From contig NW_027117339.1 of the NCBI RefSeq assembly GCF_038025025.1, positions 992,001 to 1,056,000 on the forward strand: 64,000 bases of DNA. Direction: 5' to 3'. The notes under the pieces are model-generated. The model did not search any database. It worked only from the letters and a program-made list of their open reading frames with translations, and had not been told where the DNA came from. The position numbers were made by a program, and so were the translations under genes. The stretch comes from Phyllosticta citribraziliensis. Its lineage: Eukaryota. Position 1 is the first letter of the stretch, and every line of letters begins with the position of its first letter. Below are positions 25,407-36,773 of this stretch, piece by piece.

Positions 25407-27018
25407 TCACTTCCCAAAAAAGGACGTGATTTTCTTACTTCCTTCGGCAGCTTTCGGCTTGCCTGGTGACGACTTGGGTTGCGCCTTCCGCTTTGCCTGC
25501 TTGACCGGAATATTCGTTTTGGCCGTCTTTTGGGCCGGCCGACTCTCCGTTTCATCTGGTCCTTCATTATCGCCGCAGTCGCCGCCGTCGTCGTCGTCGT
25601 GCTCCCGCTTGACACCATGCTTGATTTTTCCCAACGGACTGCTCGCCTCTTCTGCCTTGATCTGGGTCTCGACTTGTGCGTCGGCATCCTTGCTGTCCCT
25701 CTCATCAATCTGGTCCGATTCGACAGTCTTTTTCTTTTCGTCGGCTCCTTTGCCCTGGGATTTTTGGTTGCCAAAGAAATTGGCAATATTGTTCTTGTTC
25801 TCCTTGCTGTCGATTGGGATGATAAACGACGGCGAATCATTGCCTACCTTGCCCACATCTTTGCTGACCGCATAGCATTCGAGTTCCCCGTCATAAGGTT
25901 TGAGGAGGGACTGCAATTCCTTGGTCCACTCGTTCCGGTTCGGGTCGAGCCAAGTCCGGAGCGCTTCGGAACCATTGTCGAGGATGACGGGCATCCGGTC
26001 GTGGAGGAACTTGAGCTGCTTGTTGGAGTCGGTCGTGATGATGGTGTAGGTGTAGAGCTTTTGCTCCGATCCTGCACGTGCAGATTAGCGCTGTCCAGTG
26101 TGGATGTAACGTTGCCGCATGACAGACGCAGCAGAGTACCTTGTACCTTCAAATTTGACGCAATCCCACAGTCCAGCAAAGCACATCAGCTGACCGTCCT
26201 TGCGCTTCACAAAGTGCGGTATCTTCTCCTTGCCATTGTTCTTCTTGAGCCATTCGTAGAAACCTTGGGCAACCACGATGCATCTCTTGCGGTGTTTCAT
26301 CGAGTTCCACAGCCCCCGGTTCTCGATGAGGCTGTCGTCCCTACAATTGATTGTTTTCATCATTGAGCCGTAGTCTGGGTTCCGCTTCGTCCACGAGGGA
26401 ATGAGCCCTGCAAGCAAGTCCGTCAGCTTCCTCAACACTTCCGAACAGCGTCACATTCGATAGCTTTGTGACCAGGGTTTCTAGCCAATCCCTTGACAGG
26501 CAGATGGCAGGGCGTTTAAGCGAAACTGTCTTTATTCCAGGGTATTGATTTTCCGCGATATCTCGCATCGCATCTGGCCGTGCTCCACGATCCAGATGAT
26601 GAGGCCGGGGCCTCCTTAAGCACCCGACGTAGCCAAAAGCAACAAAGCGAGGAATGGAGCACCTTACCCCATTTCATTGCCTGCAGCATATACTTTGTTT
26701 CCTGGGGGGTGTCTTGTCCTGCTTGGGCAGGAGGAGCGTCGCCATCAGGTGATTCTTGGTGCTGCATGTCGCCCTTGTCCTGCTCACGTCCGGGGCCAAT
26801 AGCGGAGGAATCAGCGCGATAGACCAATCCATGGTAGCCCGGTGCGAAGTTGTAGCTCTGGCGCACTTCGTCATCTCCCGGCGCATCCTCACAGGGCATC
26901 TGCGTCTGCTCGAGCGCCCGCCGAACCTCCGAAGGCCGCTGTGAGTCTCATTAGCCATAAATTGGTAGAACCACTTGATGGAAGGATGAACCTGATGGAG
27001 TGCATAGCGTCCGCACAT
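25407..27018 (-). CDS. SRAP-domain abasic-site processing protein (HMCES/YedK, DUF159), 4 exons
   Basis: N-terminal MCGRY (catalytic Cys2), YNFAPG, MKWGLIPSW, INCRDD, RCIVVAQGFYEW, FAGLWD, HDRMPVIL. Ends KKITSFFGK. Confidence 0.95.
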
Positions 27019-27213
27019 TGTGGACCCAGTTTCTGATGTGCCAATGAACGTAAAGGAAAGGTGTTGTCCGGTTTGAACAAGAGACATTGCGGAGCTATGC
27101 CGTCATTCCCGCGCTTTGGCCAAGCCGGCGTCTGGAGCTTGAGACGGGCACGTTGGCCGTAGGGCTGAACAAAACATCGACCTCAGAGCTTCGTCTGCTC
27201 CCCCAATCTCGCC

Positions 27214-28665
27214 ATGTTTGCCCGAGCGGCCTGCAGAATTCCGCTGAGGATAATTCCGCGAGCGCCTGCGGCGCGTCAGTCCCCCCGCATTGGTGCTCGC
27301 ACATTTTCCAGTCTTCCGACCCAGACGAGACCGCGCCTACAGTCGCCACAATTGACCCGCGTCGGCCGCCGCAATGCCTCGAGAAGGACCTTTATCGAAG
27401 GCTACAAGGCTCTATGGAGGGACTCGCCCTTCCAGCTCGTGCTGGTGACCGCCATTATCGTGGGCTGCATGGGGGTATTCGCATGGCTGCCCTTCTGGTA
27501 CATGCAACACCAAGTCAAGCCATACCACAATTACCCAGAGGAGGTGGCAAAGAAGCTCCGCCGAGCCATATACTATAGCAGAAGGGCGTCTTTCCAGCCA
27601 AAGGAGGTCATTCGGTATTACCGCGAGGCGCTGGCCCTCGCCGATGAGCTCGGCATGGACCCGTTCAGCGACGAGGTGCTGGGCATCCGAATCCAGATGG
27701 CGGGCTTCTTCGAGCTCAAGCTCTCGTCTCATCGGTCCGCAATCGATATGCTGGAGCTGGTCAAGAATGACTGCTATTTGTGGATGGACAAGCTGGGCGA
27801 CAAGCATTGGACCGACGGCAAGCGGACGAGGGTCTTGATCCGCATCATGAGCATCCACACCAAGCTGGGCGAGTTGTACTCGAACCAGTACGTCAAGGAC
27901 TTTAACAAGGCCGAGGAAAATCTGCAGACGGCCATTTCAATTGCCATTGGAGAGAAAATGCGGCGCCAGCGCGATGGCGTCAAGGTAGGCGAAGGCGACT
28001 GGATCGGCGACGACGAATTAGGAGCCGAAATGGAGCGTAGGCTGCCCCCATCCCCCTAACTCTTATTACACGATTGACCTGTCCTTCCAGAGCTCGGCCA
28101 TGTCTATGAAGCCAGCGATCGACACTTCCTCGCGGCGCCGCTCTTCCTCCAAGCGATCCGCCTGTCCCCCAAAGACTCGTGCCACACGGCAATCCTCATG
28201 AACAACCTCGCCATCTCACTCGCTCAGACGCGTCCGCCCTCCGGCCCTGCCTACAACTCGCCCGTCTTCGAAGTCACCACCACCGAGCCCAGCCAGCAGA
28301 AGTACATCAACCAAGCAGCGTCGGCGCAGAAAAAGTACCACGACGAACAAGCCGCAAATGCCGCGGCCATGGCCGCTGCCGCGCAAGCTATGCCCTCGCG
28401 CACCGAGCAGGGCCGCCTGTGGGCGCAAAAGGCGATTGAGTTGACGGCCAACATCAAGCCGCCGGTGCGTGATGAGGAGTGCGACCTGGCGTGCGCCGTG
28501 GCGACGCACAATCTGGGCGAGTTTGCGGAGATGGAGGGACGCATCAAGGAGGCACGCAAGTGGTACAATGAAGCGAAGAGCCTAGCCAAGGCGATTGGCT
28601 TTGAGGAGGGGGTCCAAAATGCGGATGAGGGAGTGAAGAGATTGAAAGGGAGGAAAGATGCTTAG
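27214..28665 (+). CDS. Mitochondrial TPR protein, Mgr3-like, 2 exons
   Basis: Arg-rich presequence, single TM helix, YPEEVAKKLRRAIYY, GMDPFSDEVLGI, CHTAILMNNLA, CDLACAVATHNLGE. Intron about 28037-28090. Confidence 0.8.
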
Positions 28666-29340
28666 TGTACTATGGCGACAAGACTTCTATGCAGAGCATT
28701 CATCCTAGGTACGGAAAGGAAACTCATAGGAAGCATATGGACGCCCTCCAAGCCATCTTTGGCCAGACGCTCGGGAGAGTTAAGCCCCCAAGTCCGCACG
28801 AGTCCCTTGTTGTGCGTGCCACTTACGACACCAACGGAAACCTTGGACGCGATGAAGATTTCAAAGAATAATGTGGAGGTCCGAGGAAGCGAAGCTCAGA
28901 TCACAGTCGAGTTATGTGGACTTTATTGAGAACTCGACCTCCAAACAACACGCGGTATGATTGTGAAAAATTAACATCTGTTTTGCTTTATCTCATAGCG
29001 CATGCTATGTGGGTATCTATTACAGTAACGCGTAGCGTGAGTTTCCTCGCCTTTTTCTCCGAAAGCATTTTCCCCCTGTTCGCCGACCTTTCCTATTCCC
29101 TTTTTGACCTTTCAATCCTCGTTTAATATCCCAATCAGTCTTCGTATCTTCATTTCGCGTCCTGTCTGTGTGGCCCAATTTCAGTCCTCCAGTCAGCCTG
29201 TTCGTGTTTTTCTTAGATGCCCAGAGCCTTCGCCCAACGATACCAATTTCACTGTTTCCATCATTCACCTGAGCCATTGTCGTCGTAGCCGCAAGCCATT
29301 CACAAATCCATCGGCTTGTTTCCCTCACTGCTTCGGGCGC

Positions 29341-30259
29341 TTAATCCGGATGCTCCGTGTCTGACAACAAGATGGGCTCCGAATTAGTGTCTCCAAGCAA
29401 AGTGCTGCTTCCACTAGGCCCTGCCGCACCTGATTTCTCGATCGCCCTCTTGGAACGGTTCGACTTTTTCATGACCATCGGGCGCTTGGGCACAATAATT
29501 TGTTTCCCTTTGCTTCCTTGCGGAGCTTTTGCAGCCACCGTGGAGGCGATGGCCACCGTCTTCTTCGGCGGGGTCTTCTCAGGCTCACGCTCCACGCGTC
29601 CAAAGCTCCAGCTGCTGAACCTCTCGCCCCACGTCCGGCTGCTGTTGGACGACAGGTGGAGTCCGTCGACAGCAGCGGCAGCAACGTCTGACACTTCGGA
29701 GGCGAGAGAGGCGGAGCGGGCTCGGCGACGGTTCGAGTCATGGACGTCGAATTCGAGGGCACGGTTGTGATTGTTGACGTTGTCGCTCGAGGCTCGCGGG
29801 GCGTGGAGGTCGACAGCTGCGGCAAGGAGGCGCTGTCGTTTGCGCGGTCGAGAGTTTGCAATTGCGTTTGGCTGCTGTTGTTCCTGGTTTTCGGTTTCCC
29901 AGCGAGCAATGATGGCATCATCAGCAGGACTGGCCATGCTGTGGAAAGAAGCATGGTGGTCGCAGCCGTCGCAGGTGAATGACGATGAGAGCTGTGTAGT
30001 TGGTTTGTTAATTTTGCACGCAGTTAAAGACACAGACGCGTGGATAATTGTAGCTTCGCAAGGAGAGGCCCCAGAGCTTGGAGTACGAGAGAAATTGAGA
30101 GAATGCTGGAAGGCGGACGCGTACCTTCAGTGGGTGCAGCATAAACCGGAGACAAGGACATTTGGGCGAGAGCAACGAGTCCTTGTGATTGCACGGACCT
30201 CGCGGAGGCGTGTAATTCATCTGCCTCCAGATGGAGTCTTTGGAAAAGGTTGGAGCCAT
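29341..30259 (-). CDS. Hypothetical protein with N-terminal Cys/His cluster, 2 exons
   Basis: MAPTFSKDSIWRQMNYTPPRGPCNHK...CPCLRFMLHPLK, intron about 29992-30124 (GTACGC...CAG), then LSSSFTCDGCDHHASFH and a disordered tail with RPRKRQR. Confidence 0.75.
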
Positions 30260-30603
30260 GGTGAAGGCTCTGCCGCAGTGGCCCTCGTTGCAGAGAGAGA
30301 GTTGTCGAGAGTTGGGGAGGCTGGGGAGGCCGACGCGGTTGCATGTGCTCGGGGAATGGCTGGCTGGCTGACCGGGGTTACGCCACTTAGCTCCGGTTGA
30401 CATTCCGAGAAGGAAGCCGCGGTGCCTGGAGAGGCTTGGCGCCCCACCCTCGGACTAGGCCATGATTCCGCTCCGCTGGCGCGACCTTCCAGTTCCCGTC
30501 GCGAGCTCTCGACCGTGTCGTCGTTTCCACCTCAGCTACCTAGGTTACCACCACCGTTTACGACGCAAAACAACTTGGTTCCGGCGCAAGAAGGGTCGCG
30601 ACA

Positions 30604-31507
30604 ATGCCCAAATATGAGTTCCCCTTGAACCGCAATCGTCTGAAGCTTTACTGACTGCGTATCCACATTTTTGTAGGTGCTCCAGAACCTCCGCATCACC
30701 GCAATCGACCGCATGAAATGCTAACACGACTGGTCAAGGCGATTACTGCGATGTCTACCTCACTCATGACTCGATGAGCGTGCGCAAAGCCCACAACAGT
30801 GGCCGCAACCATCTCCGTAACGTTGTTGAATACTATCAACGTACGCGCCACCACCTCGACCTGCGAAGGACCTGCGGGCTGATGACAAGATAGAGATCGG
30901 TCATGAAAAGGCGCAGAGCGTCATCGACTCCATCACCAGCTCATACGCTGCCGAAGGCCAGCAGAATCCCATGTTCCAGCCTCTAGGAGGAGCGCCTGGC
31001 GGTTTCGGGCCTCCGCCATTCCCATTCCCCCCGGGTTTGTCAAGTCCAAAGGCTTCCACCCTAGTAAATCACTAACATATTTCAGGTGGAATGCCTCCTC
31101 CTTTCGTTGGCGCCCCAGGAGCTCGTAAGTGTCCCTACTGTCTCGTCTCTTCAATACAAAGATCGCCGCATTGACTTGTTCAATTAGCTGGCGGCCGTGG
31201 CATGCCCCCAAACATGCCCTTCCCTCCTCCGAACATGCCTCCTGGCGCCGCCCCGCCGCCTGGACAGATGCCTTTCCCTCCCTTCCCGCCGAACGCATCG
31301 GGTTCGCCCGCGCAGGCCATGCCCTTTCCTCCACCTCCAGGCGCTGTGCCTCCGGGAATGCCACCCAACTTCCCATTTCCGCCCGGAGGTCCTATCGCCA
31401 GTGGCGGGAGCCCTTTGCCGCCGCCTAGCGCTTTTCAAGCGCCTCCAGGAATGGGAGGTCCTCCGGGTGCCCCGCCTGCTTCTGGGCCTCCTGGAGCAGC
31501 GAGATAG
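30604..31507 (+). CDS. YHC1: U1 snRNP protein C (U1-C/Yhc1), 6 exons including a 6-nt microexon
   Basis: Reconstructed [51 protein letters not shown] (matrin-type zinc finger) plus a Pro/Gly/Met-rich tail. Exons 30604-30613, 30667-30672, 30739-30840, 30894-~31034, 31086-~31124, 31188-31507. Confidence 0.95.
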
Positions 31508-34500
31508 AATCACAGCTGGGGACACTGAGGTGGATATTCAAGGAAAAGAAGGCGTTGTCAACTGGCGCTCAAAGGAGTTTAGGCACAGGGCTGGGATTGT
31601 CTGCGAATTGATTCATGGCCAGTCGAGAGTTTAGGTCTCGAGTAGATCCGGATATACGGTGCAGAAGGCAAAGTGTAATTGAAGTGAGCCTGACCACAAA
31701 GACATCCGACCCTTGGAACCATCGGCTTGCGAGGTGAGATCTGTGTCATCTGCTTGCGTGACGTCGGAGAGTTTGGAAATCCACATGGACGTGGCGACTT
31801 GGAGGGAAAGATCGGCTCGACATTCGCTCCATCTGCACGCTTGTATGACGTCCACTGATTTACTAGACGGATACATCCCGAGTAGTACCATATCTTACTT
31901 TCGCACCACTCTGCAGGTAGGCAAACGTCTCCTCCAATCTGAGTTTTGAGTGAGCCTCATTTTCACCTAATATTTCACTTGCTAGTGCTGCACTATGTTA
32001 ACGACCCCCATCTACAACAGAGCCATGCATACTCAGGACCCGATCGCGACTCAAAGGCTCCAGAGTACATCTTCGTGGTCACGAGGATCGTCAAGTTGAC
32101 TGGCTTGGCACACATCACTGTTCCGACCTTGTGACGACAGCAGGTTTTGCGGTCTTGTGCTGCCTTACTGTTCAGGGATCGCCTCTATATCTCCCTTGAA
32201 CATGATATACCAGATTGTCACACGTGGGATGTGCTGATTCGAACGGTCAGACCACCAGATCCAGCGACGTCAGATTTGTTCGGCCATGCAAGTAACCATC
32301 TCAGACAGTGTTGTCCTTGCGATGTGCGGGAGTGCCACCATGAATAGCGCAGAGGCTCGCCGCAAATGTCGCCGTGGTCAAAGTACGCCTTTCTCTAAGC
32401 CTGGAAGATATGGCCTTCCAAGTAAGGAGAGACACCAAAACAGTGTCAGCTGCGCAAGAAGTTGTCGTACCATCGTCGGCCCTAAGATGAAATGTCGTGT
32501 TGTTTCCGGGACAAGGCCTTCGTGTTTGGTTGCGGTCAAGGAGGCAACAGAACTGCCGAAGCTCGCATTGACTGCCCCTGAAATGTCAGTGAGGCCCATC
32601 TCACCAAGGCAGAGTCTAGAACCGCGCACTTACGAAGGCGCATTGTAGGTGTTTAGCCGACATGGTCGAAACGTTGCGTGCCGCCTCAAACAACCACAGC
32701 TCCCGGCAACGATGCGTTCGCCTGACGACTGAGGCAGAAACTCGGGAGTATCGTCTCCATCCAGAACTCACCAAGCTAACTATTTCCTGAGAGTTTAACC
32801 TAGCAACTCTTGGTCTCACTCGACTTTCTCCTTTGACTGCGACGTCACTCTTTCCCAACAATCTCATCCCTGGATTTGAGATCCATTCGTTTACGATCCG
32901 ATCAATACTGATCGAATTCCACCACACTGGCAAGAATTTCGATCTTCGGTCACTTCGTAAATCCTCAGCCACGAAATGGGCAAACGGCGTGGCGGACGCC
33001 TCAACCGCGAGAGGCGCCGGCCAACCGACGGAAGAGGCGTCTTCCCACCCCCATCTCACCAATGACATTTCTTGAAATACGATCGAGCAGATGGTGGTTG
33101 GCGACCACGGGCCTCGCCACCACCCCACCAAATAGACACAGCGAGCCAGCCACCCAGTGGGATGGACATGATAACGCCGAGCAGCTGTAGCGCGGTATCT
33201 GAGCCGGAGAGGCAGCCGAGACCAGACTATCAAAAGAGCCGAGACGCGAGGGGCGACACACGTAAAGACACGATGGCAGAAGCAGGATTTCCCGTCGCTG
33301 ATGGTTGTTCAGAGCAGCTGCGCCGGGCTCGGGCGACGACCCGGCCACGACGGGCCCGCGGGCACTTGCAAGGAGGAACCCGCCCCGAGGACGGCGGACA
33401 GGGAGGCTGTCAACTGCCACTAGGTCGACGTAAGATCGGTGGCCAAGCCCAAGACATTGCAGGCGGGCAGCCTCAGCACAGCCGGCTGGGCGGGCGGCAG
33501 TTGCGACCATGACGTGCATTGGAATGGAAGGATAAATCGGGACAGTCCAGAAGGTGGCAGTGGCAGGAGTACGGTAGTAGGCCAGCGGGGCGAAGCGCTG
33601 CGGTGCGTGCGGTGCGGATCGGGCCACACACAAGTTGCTATTATTGCAGCGTGGCACCCGTGGGAGCGCGGCGAGCGTCTGAAGTCGAGGCTTGTCTGCC
33701 ATGATCGGCTGCTTGGGAGAGCGCCCGCGCGACTTGGGAGAACTTGGGACGCAGGGAAAGGGGGGACGCGCCGCGTGCGCATCGCCTGTGGCTGTGTTCG
33801 GCCGTCGACCGCACGTGTTTTCTTGCTGGGGTCTACGCTGTAGGGCGTTGCATTTGTTATATCTCTATTTTTCTTGGTTGGTTGGTTCTTCCATCTGGCG
33901 ATTGCGATGATGATTTGTCGATCGTGGCGTCAGGTTAGTCGATGCACTTTTTTATTGGCTTGCGCTCGGAATGTTGTCCGCAACGAGTGTGGTTTTGCTA
34001 CGCTGCTGCACCATCCTGAGATGGCTTCGTCCTCCCTCCCTCAAACTCTGAAACTAGGCAGACATGTGATTGGCGACGTCGGTGACACGAGTACGTTGGG
34101 GTCGGCCGAGACGTGTGGGAGTTGAGATTGATTCGTGTGAGAGAGTGCCCCCCAACTTGTTTGGCCACTGTGTTTTATCTAGAACGAATGTAACGATGAC
34201 ACCTAGATTCAATGATAGAGACGTCATGCTGTGGAGTTTTTTATAGAGGCTAAGAAGATCTCCGGGAATGGAATGTGAATTTGCCAAAATGCAGTGACTT
34301 CATACACGAGACTGGTAGAGAGGCATTTTTCACAGCAGAAGAGTGCTGTTGTGACTGTATATCCGTTGTATGTACACGACGCAGCGCAAACAGATTGCGC
34401 TTCCAAAATAAAGAAAACTCCCCTTTAGAAACTAAGTGTGCCCTCGGCATCTCTAACACTGAATCTCTATACCGCGGCATGTGGAAGTCCCAGGCAGTTG

Positions 34501-34867
34501 CTAGAACTGGAAGAAAGATAAAGACAAGAAGAAGAAAAAGTATGGCTCGGGAAGAAACTTTTTTTCGTGGGAGCCGCGCGTCGTGCATGCGGAACACAGA
34601 TGGACGCGGGAAGATAAAACAAAAAAAAGATAAGGGGAGTACGTGGAAGAGGGATGGATAAGGCGCAGCAAGAAAAAACGATTCAAACTCCATGCCTTTC
34701 AGCTGCATAGAACAAACCCAATTTCTGTGACCAGCTGCAGCCCTTTCTATTCTGCCACCCGCTCTCCGGAGCAAGTGGCCTACCCGAACCAAATCGGAAG
34801 ATTTCAAAAAGATCAAAGCCCGCCCCTGAAACGCCGCCTCGCATACGCAATCAACAATTTGACGCTT

Positions 34868-36773
34868 TTAGGATGATTCCGTCTCTTGCTGACGCAGCTT
34901 CTGCGCCTCCAACCTCTCCATGCGCTGGGCACGCCATTTGGGGCCCCATCGCCATTCGATGATCTGGCTCGGGGCGCATATTGCGACGACGCCGGCGAGA
35001 ATCGCAAACAGGACCGTGGGGGTTAACCTGTCGGGTCCCAGTGCCTCCTCGGTGAAACTCACGCCAATGGCGCCAACCAGACATCTTGCTAGGTTGTTGG
35101 CGGCTGTTGCACTCGCACTCTTGCCGGGATAGAGGTCGACAGTAAGCGTGTTGTTTACGTTGAGCACGGCGGTGGCGGCATAGCCCTGGACGAACTGGGC
35201 AATCAGAGGCAAGGCGAGGATGGCACGCTGGTCGTGACGGAGGCAGAGTCCATAGGCGACGGTGGCGATGACGAAGATGGCTGTGAGAAAAGGAACCTGA
35301 GAGAGGCGGGCGCGCTCCAGGGGAAAGTCTGCGGGTGGTTGCTTCTTGCGAGGTGGCTGGCCGTTCTTGAGGTGGTATGCGGTGCTGTACGCAGCGTAGT
35401 CCTGATCCATGGTGCGGCCGGCAATGATGGAGCCAAGGATGCAGCCGACGCCGTTGGGAATGAAGGATGCGCCGATTCTAAAAAGCATAATATGTTAGAC
35501 TTTGTTGATCCTGATGGTGAAAAAATACTAGGCAGAAGTGCATCTGGAAGTTTCAGGAGACGTACTCAACAGTTCCAAGGCCATAGTACTGAGTGAGGAG
35601 GAAGGTCATGCTGGAGGTGACCATGGAGTATACCGTATAGACAATGGCGCCGAAGAACAGAGTGCAGGCGACATCCTTCTCTGTCAAGAACTTTGCGGGC
35701 TCCAAAAAGATCCTCCACGACAGTTTCGGGAGCTCATCCAAAGTGGAAGCGGGATCTTCAGTCTCAGCAAAAGCCTTGGCCTTTTCGCATTTCCATGGCG
35801 CGAACGGCGAGAGAAGCGGTGGGTACATGAGATTGTTGTCAAGAGGAACAGAGCCGTTGCCTGCGATACCCCTGTGCGTTTCGGGGAGGAAGACGACGAG
35901 GAGGAGGGTAACAGCCGAGCCGAAAATGCAAAGAAACCAGAAGATCGAGCGGTAGCCCAGCGTGCCACCTAGGACTCCTCCAAGCACGGGACCAAGGGCG
36001 AGGGCGGCTTGACGAACTGCAAGAAAGTATCAATATCTGCAGTTTCGACGTCTTTAGTCGAAGGATTTGACATACTTCCTGCAAAGAGGCCAATGAAGCC
36101 ACCTCTTTCCGCAGGTGGTGCAATGTCTGCAATCACTCCGGCACCTAAGGCTATCAGTAATGATTCTGATATGTGTAGCACACCTACGATCGTGGACGTA
36201 CCGATTGAGATAGTGGACGAACTGCCAGCTGCCTGGAGTACGCGAAAGACCATAATCATGTGGATGCTGCTTGAAAGTGCCAGTCCAATGTTGGCTCCAA
36301 CGAAAAGCTAAGCAAAAGAAGTCAGTTAGCAGAAGCGCTCGGGTGAAAAAGCACACTGAATTCGATGACTTACCAGCAGGGTGTAGATGAGCACCTGTCG
36401 ACGACCAACACAATCTGCGATAGGACCCCAGATGGACGGAGCAATACCTTGTGCAACCATGTATACTGTCACAGTGAGTGACGTGGTCTCCGGCGTCGAG
36501 TGAGTAGCTTTGGCAATAATCTCGAGCGCTGGGAAGTAGATATTACTGGCGAGGGGAGAGAAGGCGGCAGCAAGAGAGACGAGGAGAACAATTCTAGGAG
36601 GTCTGTCAGATATGTCTCCTCGTTCGCAAGAGCTGTGCGACTTACGCAAGTTTCTGCCTTCGAGTGTAGACATGGTATATTGGTTCGGCCTTTGGCTCTT
36701 CGAAATATTCAGATTTAGCTCCTTCTGGCGAGAAGAGCGTGGTCGAAGACCGCTTCGAGGGTGCCTGTGACAT
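34868..36773 (-). CDS. MFS drug:H+ antiporter (DHA1, Qdr-like), 6 exons
   Basis: FSPLASNIYFPAL, WGPIADCVGRRQV (motif A), FRVLQAAG, IADIAPPAERG, LGPVLGG, YRSIFWFL, FLPET, DLYPGKSASATAANNLARC. All introns GT-AG. Confidence 0.93.

Noticed and set aside
28770..28930. RNase MRP/P-like motifs on the minus strand (AAAGTCC ... GGGGCTTA)
   Set aside because: P4 pairing is imperfect and the spacing (about 130 nt) is too short.
30614..30666. Interpreting the AT-AC intron as U12-type
   Set aside because: The donor is ATGAGT rather than ATATCCTT and the branch point is a major-type CTGAC; the minor spliceosome is not known in filamentous ascomycetes.
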